From: Octopus bimaculoides
Taxonomy: Eukaryota
Assembly (NCBI RefSeq): GCF_001194135.2
Contig: NC_068983.1
Location: 124,016,709 to 124,080,708, forward strand
Direction: 5' to 3'
DNA length: 64,000 bases
This document shows, piece after piece, positions 27,901 through 42,200 of the stretch. The stretch's first letter is position 1. The number at the start of each line of letters is the position of its first letter. The translations under genes and the position numbers were made by a program. The notes under the pieces were generated by a model. The model made no database searches, had not been told where the DNA came from, and saw only the letters and a program-made list of their open reading frames with translations.

Positions 27901-30900
27901 TTTAATTAGTTTTTCCTACTTGTGATTTCTACATATCAGATAAGAAAACTGGTTTGATCACTTCTTCCCTGAAATGGCAATTTGAATCATTCACATTACC
28001 CATTTCTTCTCACCTTAAGTTGGGGGTCAATTACAAAAATTTCAGCAATGTCAGTTAACATCCAAACTTCAAAACAAAACCATTAATGCCAAAATTAGTG
28101 AATATGTCATCAATGGAACATTTGGAATGTTTCAATTTGCATATACATTTTCTTCTAATCCTGTCTTATTTTTACCTCATAGTTTTGGGGAGCTAACATA
28201 TTCTGTCTCTTTAAGCCTAATGGTGATCTATGCCTCAAAGCAGCCAGATGTACTTTTATACATGCTGTGTTAATAGCAAATTTGTCATTTGTCTCCAACT
28301 GTCTTAATTCAGAATTCACATTCATTCAGCTTGATGTACTAACAAAGTGTGTGAAGTGACCATTACAACTTTAAGACATTCATGAGTTCTCAATTATGAT
28401 TCCTTCAGGTAGATTTCAAACTACAGCAAAAATTAGCAGCTTTTAATTCAAATTCAGAGATGTCATCCTCCACTCATCAAAAGGCCCTTGTTCATTTGTC
28501 TCTTGTGATCACTGAATGCTTTCTTCTACAGGAGATCAGCAAAGCAACCCAATTGGTTCCACAGTATTCACACTGGATATTGTTGATATCACAAGGCCAG
28601 ACATACACCTGAATATCTGGTGCCTTGATGATGCAGACTTAGGGGTCTCCTAGATGGAGTTCTTGCAATGATGAAATTGATGGTTGAGGAACTACACAAT
28701 AAGGATTTTGAATTGGGTAATGTTAAATAGGAATTCTGAATGCCTTCATTTTCACATCAAGATACAGTAGATCTTATTTACTGAATCTTTCCCTTTCAAC
28801 TGCTAATCCATGGCAATTCCAATTTTCAATCATATCTTCCAACACACATTTCTCTCTCTCTGATTCAAAGCCTCAAATAACTACATATAAACTGTGATTT
28901 AATTCAAACTTATCAATGATTTTTCATTTCAAAATTATTTTATCAATTTCAAAGATAATGTATATTCCTAGGTACAGTCCCTCAGATGTTTACAAACTCT
29001 GCAACTTCTGAAGACTTAACTTGTGAGAAACTTGAAAGTTTGGCCAAAATAGGATTTTCTTTGGAACCCTTCTACTCAGCTGCATTACCCACAAGTGATT
29101 CAGAGATCTAGGTTTACACAAATGCAGTTTTTTTCTCCTGACTGCTGTTTCCCTTCTCCTGGCCACACTTGTTCTTTGGTGGGGCAATACCACCTCAACT
29201 GGACATAAGTTTGACAGGGAGGAAGATAAGCTATATAACTGACAGGACCCTAGTTTGTCAGCCCCAAGGCAGTTTGCTTGACCAGGATGAACTCTACAAA
29301 GTTCTCCAGAATCAGAATCAACGTTTGTGAAGTAGTGAGATGCTTGTGTTCCTGATGAACCTCCTAGACTGTTATACTAACTGAATGCTAGTTGCTTCAC
29401 TCAACATTTAAGATACATTCAAGTGAGCCTTAGCAAAAAATATCAATAGCTAGTTTTGAAACTGTAGTAACGCCGTGCGCATGCGTAGTCTCACGCATGC
29501 GTAGAATTAAACAACCAAGCGTTCCCGCTCAATTCATTCTCTTTCTTGCTGGCCAGCATAGAGCAATGGACGTGTCAAGAGTGTCTCTAACATTCGAACT
29601 CTGGAGACAGCCTCTTTACGTGTTAAGCTGTCTCTCTACATCTTTCGGACTTACGCTCGACAGCGCGCTCACACCTACATAACAACGTCCCAACAACAGA
29701 AGCTGTAACAACAAGAACTAAAGATGTATATATTTACCACCTGAATAAATGTTGTTTAAGTTGATAGTCTGGAGTTCAGCGTTCCGTTATATTCCTTAAT
29801 ATTATAGTAGGAAAGTCAGGTATACAATCTAAAGATGTATAACCCACTTTTACTATAAAACTTAAGGATTATTCAAGGATGATAAAAAGAAGCCTAAGAG
29901 GCTTACCAGTTGTCTCTCAAGGGAGATACCCTATATGAAACACTAGTGATTCTTTCATTCCCTTACATAGTCTAAACAGTGTGATAAGGTAAGGGCTACT
30001 GCATCCATGGATAAAGAGTAAATTGCTGATGTATCACTAATTGTACATTTTTCTATCCAAAATATTTGAGATGTTTAGATGAGCTGGTCATTAACCACAA
30101 AATTCTTTACTTCTTTGATAACTCATTTAACGGAAATGTTAAGAGACCTCTGAGAGTGCATGGCTGTTCTTGTATCTCAACTTCAGATACAAGAACAGCC
30201 ATGGAATGATGAGTTGATGAAATTCCACAAATCTTATTGTTTTTTTTTTCTTTGTTCTTTATCTTACATAAGGCAAACTCAAGTTCATTTCTAAAAAATC
30301 TAATTGAAAAATGAAAGAATTGAATAACAAAAGTTTATTTTATCTAATTATATCTCTTCAAATTTGTATACATTCAATGAATTCCCTGCAATATCAATGA
30401 CACTGTCTTGACCATTCAATCCAGACATGTCAGATACAATAAAATTAGATATAAGCTAAAAGATGTACAAAAGAATATTCCAAGATAAATGAATTTTGCA
30501 ATATTTAAAAGTGAAGATGCATCTATAGAATTATCGATCAATAATGAATTAACAATTTCTAAATTAATTTTAAAATGTCACAGAACTTACCTATCACACT
30601 GTACACACTGTATGACTACTTCTTCTTCTTTATAGGCTTTATAACAACAACAACAAGTTGTCCTGCTGGAACACGGTCCACATAAAGTGTAATTATTTTG
30701 CCACTGGGACAAAAATCCAGGTGATGTAGCACCACAGTTAACACACCATACACACCTATAACAGAATTTTCCACAATTAAAAACTGTTCAATCCAACAAT
30801 TAAAAATGTAAGGCTTCATTTAAAAAAACATTTAATAATCTAACTTTTTTTTTAATGTCAAAATAGCATGAAAACTATATTTTTAATTAAACATACCATT

Positions 30901-33171
30901 TACACTTCCATGGTCCTTTAGGTACTTGATCCAATGGTGGATCAAGGCAATATATATGATAGCTAATATCACATTCATCGCATAACAGTAAGCGGCCTTC
31001 ATCATGAGGTTTACCACAGCCTTCACACACAGTACAATCCAGGCAACGCCATCCCTTCTGAAGAACAACTTTGGTAACCTAAAATTTAAGTAAGTAGATT
31101 TAGTTTTGTTAGATAAAACAGCAAAAAAACATGAAATTAAAACATGAACAAACATTTTTACAAGAGAGTGGGGGTCTTGCTGTTACTCTTCAAATAGGAA
31201 TATTTTTGTTTGCGACTTTTCCAAGTTTTTGGTTCTGGATTCAAGTCATTTTGTGAATGGAACATTTTTGGGTCTATCCTTTTCTCTTGATTACGGAATA
31301 AAGATTTCTTTCTAGTCTTGTGATCATCATCATTTAACATCAGTTCTCCATACTAGCATGGGTTGGACAGTTTGACAGGAATCGGCCAGCTGGAGAGATG
31401 CCAGAGCTCCATTTGTCTGTTTTGGTATGGTTTCTACGGCCGGATGCCCTTCCTGACACCAGCCACTTTACCGAGGGTACTAGGCACTTCAAACATGGCA
31501 TCAACATGGGTGCTTTTAAGTGGCATGAGCGTGGGTGCTTTTATGTGGAACCAGCATCTCTAAGCCCACAAGACTGGAATCTCTTGGCTGAGAGAGGGAT
31601 GTAGAGGACATGCCTGTATGCATGGACAGCCACAATTTTACTTAGCTTAATGAGTCTTCTCAAGCACAGCAAACTACCAGACGTCTTGGTCCCTTGTCAT
31701 CTCCTGTCAGGTCTGACATCTGAAGATCCTTTCTACCTATGTGTACTACATCTTCCTGGGCTTATCCTTCCACACACTCCCTCCACCATTAGAAATTTGC
31801 ACTTTTTGATGCAGCTGTCCTCATCCATACACCTCACATGACAATACTAATGTGCTCTTCTCTCTCACACACTATATTTATACCAATTTTTTCTCTAAAA
31901 TCACTTACACTCTATCATACATACACACTCACATTACCCATCCAGCAAAACATGCTAGCTTTGTTTCTTTCAAGCCTCATGTCCTCAGTAGTCACAACCC
32001 ATGTCTCACTGCCATGTAGCATAGCTTTCATACACAGGCAGCATACAATCTGCCTTTCACTCTGAGGGAGAGGCACTTTGTCAGTAAAAGTAGTAGTAGT
32101 AATTCTTTAAACTTTGCCCAGCCCATTTGTATTTTAGCAGCTACACTTTCAGAACTATATCCTAAGTAACAGAAACCATCTACTACTTCTAAGGATCCAT
32201 CCTCACCCGACATTTGAGGAAGTCTATTTCCTGTACATTCCTCATGTTGCATGTACTTGCATGTCTTCTACATACAAAGACTACTTTCTCTGTTAACCCA
32301 AATGTGATACAGCTGCACCTCTTATGTGTCCATAGACTGCACTGGATACACCATATGGAGTTTCTACAAACACTTTTTCTATATACTGAGTAGGGCCATC
32401 TCCCTGAAGGGATCAGTGATTTGTCTGTTTTTCTACTTACAAGGATTTTGGTCTTTGCTAAATTAACTCCAAGGCCCTCTGATTCCAGACCTTGCTTTCA
32501 CACCTGAAATTTCTTCTCTAGTTCTGGTAGTTATTCAGCAATAAGAACAAGGTCATCAGCATACAGGTGCTCCCAAGGGCAGACGCTCTTAAATTCCTTT
32601 ATTATGGCCTGAAGAACTATGATAAACAAGAGCTGAAATCTGATTCTTGATGATGAACTACCTGTGCACTAAATTTCTTGCTATATTCATAGCTGACTTT
32701 CACCTTATTGACATAGTGTGTACAGCTCTCACCAACCACTCATCTATACCTAGCTTCCACATTACCCACTAGATACGGGGGTGGGAGACCCTGTCACAAC
32801 TTTCTCCTGTCAACAAAAGCCAAATGCAGTGGTTTATTTTTGGTTAAGTACTTCTCTTGCAGTTGCTTTACTAAGAAGATAGCATCAGTAGTGCTTCTTG
32901 GCACAAAACCAAACTGCCTCTCGTCTTGACTAACTCTCCTCATTAATTCAGCTTTGACTTTTTTTGTAACTTTCATCACCTCATTTATTTTTTTTAATAC
33001 AGTTTTTCTTTTTAAATTCAACACAAAGCATGCCAGTATGAAATTAGTTAGCATAAAAATTACTCATGCCTAGCCAGTTCTTAAAAATTTGATACAATTT
33101 CAAAGTAATTCAATAATCTTTCTAACAATTCTTTTGGTCACCAGTTTACTTATCTGGTATCTTTGCTCTAT

Positions 33172-33227
<56 letters not shown>

Positions 33228-36200
33228 GTTCTATACAAAGACTAAATAGGATGGTTTAGTAAAATGCTAGACAAGTATATAAAAAGGAAACATTTCTAAA
33301 AATTATTCTTTTGAATTTAAAAAAATGTTCACTTACCTTTATATTTACACAATATGGATGATAACACTGACCACATTGAGAGCAAATGATTACTCGGCTC
33401 TCTTCTCCAATGCCAATACTCCCACAAGTTTTACAAATATCCTAGCAAAAGAACATTTTAAAATATCATCTAGATTTATTATGTAAAGTATTTTGAAATT
33501 AGAAATAAAGTTAAATAGATAGAAGGAAACCTAAATGATATTCTTTTTTTAATTCATGACACACAATAAAACTAATTCTGATAATTTACCAATCATATAG
33601 AAATAATTTTTTACATGAACAGTTTAAATTATTTGAAAAGAATAATGAAAGCTATCAACAGAAAAAAGTGATGGTTGAAAACAGAGAGTGCTGTGAATGT
33701 AGATAAAGGAAAATTCTCAATGGACTATCAACTGAAACACCTTTCCAATGTGCAATCTGCAAGATTGCATTATGTAGAGTAAGATACTTAACAAGTTTCC
33801 ATGGCAGGAATATTTATGTCTATTTCTTATTTGATTTTCATAAAGTACATTTCAAATTTACCTCATTTTATTTATTCTATTTGCTTGTAATTTTAATTAA
33901 CCTGTATGAGGAGTGACAAATTTTATGAATCATTACTGTGTTTGTATGTATATTTATTTCATTCTGCAAACATTATTCCAGTATTTTTGTTCTATTTTAC
34001 CTTTATGGTGCATCTGTTTCATGTGCATTTTAGTTCAACTGAAAATTCAATCATGCGCACAATGTTAGACTAAAATGCAGCTGTAGAATCAGTTGTGTAT
34101 TAGCTAATAATTCATTTTCTATGTAATTAGATTTGCTTTGAGAGAAAGACTAAGTAGTAGATTTAAGAATTTTTTGTTGTTCCAAAAACCAAATTCATTA
34201 GTCCAAAATCTAAAATAGTTATAGTCGCTTTATCAAATTAATCTAAATTCATGATTATTTTAAGATTTAACTGAAGCAATTAGGATGTGTTAGGAAAGGG
34301 TTAAATCAGACAATTCTTTTTGTTTTCCATTCCTTAATTTTTAGTTTCCAAAATGTTAACCTCTATAATTTCTCTTCTCTATTGAATGTTTATATTATTA
34401 TTAAGTAAACTTTTATTACTTCTGCTTAGTCACACAGAAGTAATAAACTTAATATAACCATTTAACAAGTTATGTTGTTTACTATGAGTTCACAACAAAT
34501 TTTTCATTTCTTTTTAAAACACAATGCAATGACTATGTATAAATTAGCTTACAAAATTAAAAGTATTAAAAATGTTACAAGAGAAGATTGAAAATAAATA
34601 ATAAATATTCAATAAAAAACTGAAACAGAAATTAGATAAAACTAAATAAAGAAAATTATACTTTACAAGAAAAATGAACTGAGAGCAAAAAAATTATTTT
34701 TGTTTACCTGCTCTAGTACATATTCATCTTTAGAATTGGCAATAACTACAGTAGATGGATGATCATCAATTTCTCCATTATCCACTGCTGTAGGATAGAG
34801 TGACTACAAAGAAAAGAATGTTAATTATGTTACCAAAGTAATATGTATAAATAAATACATTTCTCAAAAGATTGCACCACAAAAAAGTTGCAAGATATTT
34901 ATATTATTTAGTCATAACACAAACTTCACATTTAAACCATATTTTTTTTATAATGAAAAATTGAAATGTTAAAGATTTTAAAATCATCACAAGTGTCTTA
35001 AATTATTGTGCTCAATAGCATTGTGACATATGATAATTTTAATGAGTAAAATATAAAAGCAATAACATAATAACACAGCATGGTTGTGATAGAATTTTAA
35101 GTCACAACTTATAATCAATTAAATTTGTCACATGGAAATTAAATTTACACAGTTAAAACTGATTAGTAAAATATGAACCTAAAGCAACTAATAAATGACT
35201 ATAACACTTTAAATAAAGTAAATTTTTCTTTACAAAATACGATTGTTTTAAGTTGCGTTAAAGAAAAGACATTCATCATTATTATTATTCAAAACAGGAT
35301 CTCTCCTTATATCTCATCTATGAAACTCCAAAATAAAATTGCTTTCTTCTTTTGCTCAAAATCTATCTTAAGTACCATTAATTTTTTTCATACCAGTCAT
35401 CTCTCTCTCACATCTGTCAATGTCTTCAATACCCAACTGCTTCCATAAGTAACTATGGTCAAACTTTCTCCTAAGTTCATACTGCAACTTCAACACACAC
35501 TCTATACTTGATTCATTCCTCTTTCAATCATTATTTACTGCAAACCACTATTACATCTTTCAAATATATAATACACTCTAAAATTTCATGTTCTTGTGAA
35601 AAATATGTTTAAATTATAATTGAGTGACTACTTTTTAAATATATTGTTGGAAAGATCATGAATGCATTAATTCTTACAATTTATCTCTATGTGTAGATTT
35701 TCTTTTATTTACATATGCATTATTAAATAACAATTTGCTTAACAGTAGAAAGAAATCCCTGCTGCAAACTGTAAAGTTAACTGCTGAATATTTCAAGTGA
35801 TCTTATTTTAGTTATAGCTTTTAAAAAGCATATTTCTCAACACATATCTAAACCTTAAAAAAAGTTAATCAAAAGAGAAAATAGAAAAAATTCTGCATTT
35901 ATCAAATCATGAAACATTTTAGTTGTATTTACTTGATTCCCAACATTTTGACCAGTCTTCACTTTTGTTCTTGGACCTCGCCTTCTATCTCCAAGAGATG
36001 TAGGACGTTGACGTCGTCTTTCAGCAGCAATTGGACGTCCCTGAATAAAATATGTAAAGTATCATATTAGAATACAATTTTTTAATATACTCTACTAATT
36101 CAAAACCGATTACAAAAAAAATACAAGTCATTTATAAATCAAAGAATATTAATGTTTATTTTAAAATAAAAAATTTGTATACTAGAAGGGGACTTTCAAA

Positions 36201-36886
36201 CATATTTAACTTCAACTCCAAGCTTGACATTGACAAGAAATTCCACTAGGTAGCCATTGCTAGTAAGATATTCTAGTTAAGCATAGCAAACCCATGTTAA
36301 AATTTATTAAGTCTATTTAGATGATATAGTATACATATGTATTGACCAAACACATCTTGTAAAAATCATAATAAAAAATGTGGGGTTTCAATTTGTTCAA
36401 ATAATTTCACCTTAACATCAATAAGGATGAACAGAGTTAATTTTATAAATTCCAATAATGACAGTGAAGACATACAAAAGTGTAATTCAGATGAATGTTT
36501 AAGTGAACTTTGTTAAAGTTTGATAAAGATTAGCAGAATGCAAAGAATAAATAAAGTATGAAAACAAAATCCAAAATTTACACGTGTCAGTATAATGTGT
36601 GCATTTGTAAATGCTTCTTCATAGACAAAAAATTACAAGGTTGGCAGTTTTGTAAAAAGTAACCTGGTTGAGCTAATAAATTAATGTTTATTAGTAATGA
36701 ACTGAAGAATAAGAAAATAAAAAATATTTAACATAATCATTGGATGACTAATTACTAAATGAGTATTACATAAATATGAAATTGTAAAGAAACTAATTTA
36801 TTTTCAGTATGAAATAGATTGGGTATAACAAAAGTTAGTTTCAACAATTATTTTAAGAAATATAATATTACACAGGATTTTTTTTT

Positions 36887-36920
<34 letters not shown>

Positions 36921-39177
36921 ATCAGTTAAGATCTAGATCTAATTTTTGTATGCTACCATGGATTGGACAGGTTTGCAATATAACATTTTGCTATGAAACT
37001 CAATCTTGCATCATTTCAGTAAGACTGTTCAAACAAAGCATATTTCTACATATCACTGCTTTCAACCAGACTTATGCTTTTAAACCCAACATACATCATC
37101 CATTTGCATTACCTGTCTCCGATCCCCAAATAACATTACATCAACTCTACTATTCTAACTCATACTCAAATTTTCACAAACCAAAAGTTCTCTAAAGCTT
37201 TAATTACAAAACAAATAATCCAAATATGAGATAATAATAACTTGTTTTTCCTTTCATAGTCGAAATCAAATTCATAATATACTTTTATTGTAATTTAAAG
37301 AAAACATACTTTTGGCCTTCCAGCACCAATTTTCTTCCTGCCAACAGGATGCATCTTAATTCCTTTTGGTAAAATGTCAGGCTGCATTTTAGATGCTGTT
37401 TTAGTCCATGTTGACCCACTAGTCAAGGAAGTTAATTGCAGTGGAGATCCCTATAATCAATGATTAAAAGAAATTTATATATACATAGACACACAAAGCC
37501 TTAAAAGAAAAGCTTTCTGGAGATCAGCAGAGCATTATGTACAACAATGCTGCCTGAAAGTCTGAGAGCAACATTAATAAGCAGAGCAGTCTATTGTAAA
37601 CATGACATTTGTGTCACCTCTCATTTTAACGAGAGTATACCTTTCTAATTCAGGAGTAAGAAATATCTACCAAATATCTCATGTATAAAAAAAGTAGAGA
37701 TAATAAGTAATGCATCCAGGCACAATAGATGTTGGCAATGTGTTATTAGTCTGGAAGATGTGATCCACATCTAGTACCTAGCCAAAAATGTCACTGAAGT
37801 AATATATCATAGCAAAAACACTATACAATATATTTCAAAGAAGGTTAGTTCAAGAGATCAACACAAAATACTGATGGAATAAATTCAACACCAAATCTAC
37901 AAAATACAAACATAAAGAGTGGCAATGAAGAATGAACAAATGCCCTATTGTGAAATTTTGTTGTCCAGCAAATAGATATTTCAAAACAAAAAGAGTGTGT
38001 GTAGACTATATATANNNNNNNNNNTTTGTCAACATGAAATGGAAATGATTGACTTACAAATTACTAATTGAATCCATCAAATAAAGTAATAAATTATGCT
38101 AGATGTTGCAGAAGTTTAGCTTATAATTTTTAGAAGTTATTTACTATACAACTAAGTGACTGACAACACAATAATTAAATAGTTATCTAAATATTGAACA
38201 CACACTTATACATATCCACACATACTTTTCTAATTTTTCCATAGAATATACTGATATCATACTTTGAAAAGAACAGCTTACTTGTGTTGCTAATACCTTA
38301 CTATTATGCTGAAGGGAGATTGCATGAAAGTTTAAAAAGCCAAGAAAACCCAAACAAGAGGTACATAGGAAAATGTTTAATGAATTTATAAATTAAGAGA
38401 AGGGACAGAGAGAGGTAGAACTTAAGATTATTAAACAGTTAACAAATGACATATGAAAAGGTGTTAATGTGAAGAACTAGATGGCTCCAGTACCAGCAAA
38501 GGAAATAAATAAGAAAGTACAAAGGAAAAGATAACACTCTAGAATGTAGCACACATCATCATCATCATCATCATCATTTAATGTCCACCTTCCAAACTGG
38601 CATGGGTTGGACAGTTTGACAAGAACTGGCCAGGCAGGAGTCTGCACCAGACTTCTGTGTCTGTTTTGACAGGATTACAGAAATAGAGACATGAGGAAGA
38701 AAGTACATACAATGTATGTTGAATGGGTTCAAACATGCGCTGGTGTGAGAGGATTATTAATTTATGTAGTAGCTACATTTAAGTGTGTATAGAGGAAGTG
38801 TTGAACTGGATCTAAAAATGGCATAAAGATGAAAGTACAGTTCTATATTTAAGAGATGAAGAATTATGTACATTATTTACATTTGACGGATATTTGTCCT
38901 CATCTTGTTTGTTAACACAACATTTCAGCTGATATACCCTCCATCCTTCATCAGGTGTCTTGGGGAAATTTCGAACCTGGGTTCTCATTCCTAAGGTATT
39001 TTTCGATGTTGTTATTATTATTATTTAGGTCACTGCCTGGAATCGAACTCGGAACCTTGGAGTTAGTAGCCTGCGCTCTTAACCATTACACTATATGCCC
39101 ATGGGCATATGGTGTAGTGGTTAAGAGCGCAGGCTACTAACCCCAAGATTCCAAGTTCAATTCCAGGCAGTGACCTA

Positions 39178-39209
<32 letters not shown>

Positions 39210-42200
39210 CAACAACAACAACATCGAAAAATACCTTAGGAATGAGAACCCAGGTTCGAAATTTCCCCAAGAACCTGATGAAGGCTGGAGGGTATATCAG
39301 CCGAAACGTTGTCTTAACAACAAACAAGATGAGGATAAATATCCGTCAAATGTAAATAATGAAGATGAAAATAGTAAAATGTTTTGATACCAAGAAGATA
39401 AATTGAATGGAGAAGACTAATTAGCCTTAACATCAATGGCTAGAATATAAGCAGATGGAAAAAGTTCAGAGAACTGAATGTCATTCAAATGAGTGGAGAG
39501 CATTACTGAAAGGAAAGGAATATGCTGCATATGTAAGATGGGTTATCATTTATGACATTTCTTACATATGAGTAATGAATGTAGAGTGCATAATAAGTTG
39601 GGAAAGAGAGAAGAGACTATTTCGGTAAATGATCAAAGTATTGATGAGAAAGCAGAAGACAAAATATTACAGAAAATGGGGACAGAGTGAATGAAGACAG
39701 TTATGGAGAGAAATGGGATAAGATGACTGTGTTATGTACTGCAGGAGAGGAGTGAGAGAAATGAATGTGGAAAGAAGTAGCAAAAGAAAACAAAAAGACA
39801 AAAGAAATACAGAAGGAAATGGGGACAACAGGATTGATGAAAGAGGATGTAGAAGATAGGGCAAAATGAAGAAGACTATCATGCAGCCCACAAAGCTAAA
39901 ATCAGCATTAGCAGGAAAAATTATACCTTACTCTCCCTCTTCTGATTTTTCTTATGCCTAATTTTTCTTTCAACTTTCTCATATATGCAATACTGACTTT
40001 GTGTATCCAGTGGAGCATGCTAGCTTCATTTCCTTCTAATCTTTTACATGTTCTCTACATTCACATTTCATTAGCATGTAGCATTGCTGTTTGTACACAA
40101 GCATCATACAATCTACCTTTCTTCCAGAGAGAGGAGCCTTTTGTTACCAACAGCAGTAATATCTCTCTCAACTTTATCTAGCCAGTTCATATTTAGTAAC
40201 TACACTTTTAAAACCTTCTCCTCCACTGCTAATTAGGTCACTTACGTAACAGAAACTGTCTACTATGCCTAAAGGATCCTCCTGGGCATTTGAGAAAATC
40301 TATTTCCAGTGTGCTCTTAGTATTTATTGCTCCTGTGCATCTACCACTAACATAGTCTACTATCTCAGTTAATCTTCCAGTGATTTTACTGCACCTTTTA
40401 TGTGTCCATAGTTTGCACTGGATACATCATAACAAATTACTACCTTTACTTTTTCTACCTATCAATCAGGATTATTTTCTTGAAGGGATGAGCAGACTAT
40501 GTTTTCCTGCTCACTAGGACTTTGAGTTTTCTAAGTTAACTCTAAGGCCCTTTGTTTCAAGGTTTTGCTTCCACACCAGCAATTTCTTTTCTAATTTTAC
40601 AACAAATTCAGTTATAAGAGCAAGGTCATCAGCAGAGAGGAGTTCTCACAGGCAACCAATCTTAAACTTTTTTGTTACAGCCTGGAGGACACTAATAAAT
40701 AGGAGGGGACTAAGAGACAAGAACTAGCAGACTTCTGCCTGTACACTTAATGTCACTGTACTCATTTTGAACTCTCATCTTGCTGACAGCACCCTTGAAC
40801 ATGTCTTGGAAGGCTAACACCATTCATTCATCTACTGCTAGCTTCTGCAGCAATCACTAGATCAAAGAGTGGAGAACCTTGTCAAAAGCTTTCTCCAGGT
40901 CAACAAAAGCCAAATACGGCAGTTCACTTTTGCCTGAAATTGCCTTACTTAGGAAGAGAATATTAGTGGAAATTATCTGTGGTATGAAACTGAACTGCAT
41001 CTCATCTAGTCAAGTCCTCTTCCTTGAAGTTGAACAATAACTCTTTCTGTAAGTTTCAAGACCTGGTCCGGCAATTTGATACAACTGTAATTACTCGTCT
41101 CTAAGGCATCACCTTTAACTTTGTAGTAGTTGACTATAATGTTGCTACAGTCATTAACTATACAGGTGACTGGTAAGAGTTCTATACTAATTATCCCTGG
41201 CAGCATATGTGCTTCTCCCTTAACTTATCAGAAATTACTGGGCTGGTGACGATCCTTTTAGGCTTGTCCTTCCACCTTTCATACCTCCCTAATTTTCTAA
41301 ACTCGGCCATTTTTCAAATGCATCTTAATCACCTCACACCAAATCTATACTGAAACTGTGAGCAAAAACTTTGAAAATATCCTGCAATGGAGTCATGTCA
41401 CCTTCAACAATAAAAAAAAACACAATCACTGCACCTATCAAGAAAACATTACCACATCTCATACTCTTTAAATATGAACAGCAACTAAATCCCTAAAAAT
41501 CAACTTGAAATGCTAGATCTTATTATTGCAGGAAAGATCTCTGCAAAAGGACATCCTCAACCTAGCAAAAACTACATCTCAAAAACTGGCCATTATCTTC
41601 AGAGCTAGAAAAATACTTCAGCCCCCAACAACCACTGGCTCTCTACAAAACTCATAAGACTCACATTAGAGTAATGTCCCCATATCTGGTTCAAACCATT
41701 ACACACACACACGAAGAAAGGTTACCCATTTACAAACCCACTCCAATCTTTGGCCTTCTATTTACCTTTGCTACTAATAGTACACCAGTCTCTGTTCCTG
41801 ATAACTAGCTAACCTTGTGCCACATCTACCCAGGGACTCCTGATTCAAACATCTCTTCTTTCTCCTCATCCATATTGTATCCAATCAACCAATATTGCCT
41901 GTCCATCCTGAGAACATCAACTATTCGGAACTCCCTTCATGCACGTGTGTTTACCACAGCCATACACTTGTGGCAGTTTAAGTGGAACATTACAAACATC
42001 AATCTCACTAGTCTCAAATGTTTGAAAAGTAATGTGTGCTGCACCTAACTCCAGAGCAAAATATTGATAAAAAGTTTTTTAAAAGTGCCGTATGTAGTGA
42101 GAAGTACAACTAGCTTTATACAGAAGATCTGAGAAGATAATACATAAAAATAAAGATTTAAGTTCAATAAGTTTACTGTTAACATACTTTTTCCAGTGAG

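Larger units (their letters stand above)
38838..39361. mobile_element. Fold-back element A: head-to-head inverted dimer of a tRNA-headed, hammerhead-tailed SINE-like unit
   Basis: About 260-bp inverted arms with a perfect centre ATATGCCC-AT-GGGCATAT (39093-39110); flanked by AAGATGAAAGTA (38826-38837) and AAGATGAAAATA (39362-39373). Confidence 0.85.

Noticed and set aside
39103-39175. tRNA-Ser(ACT)-like gene
   Set aside because: Stems do not close properly and it is embedded in a repeated element; treated as a SINE head.
38838-39361. CRISPR array or prokaryotic system
   Set aside because: No repeat-spacer periodicity and no cas or operon-like genes; the context is a eukaryotic intron.
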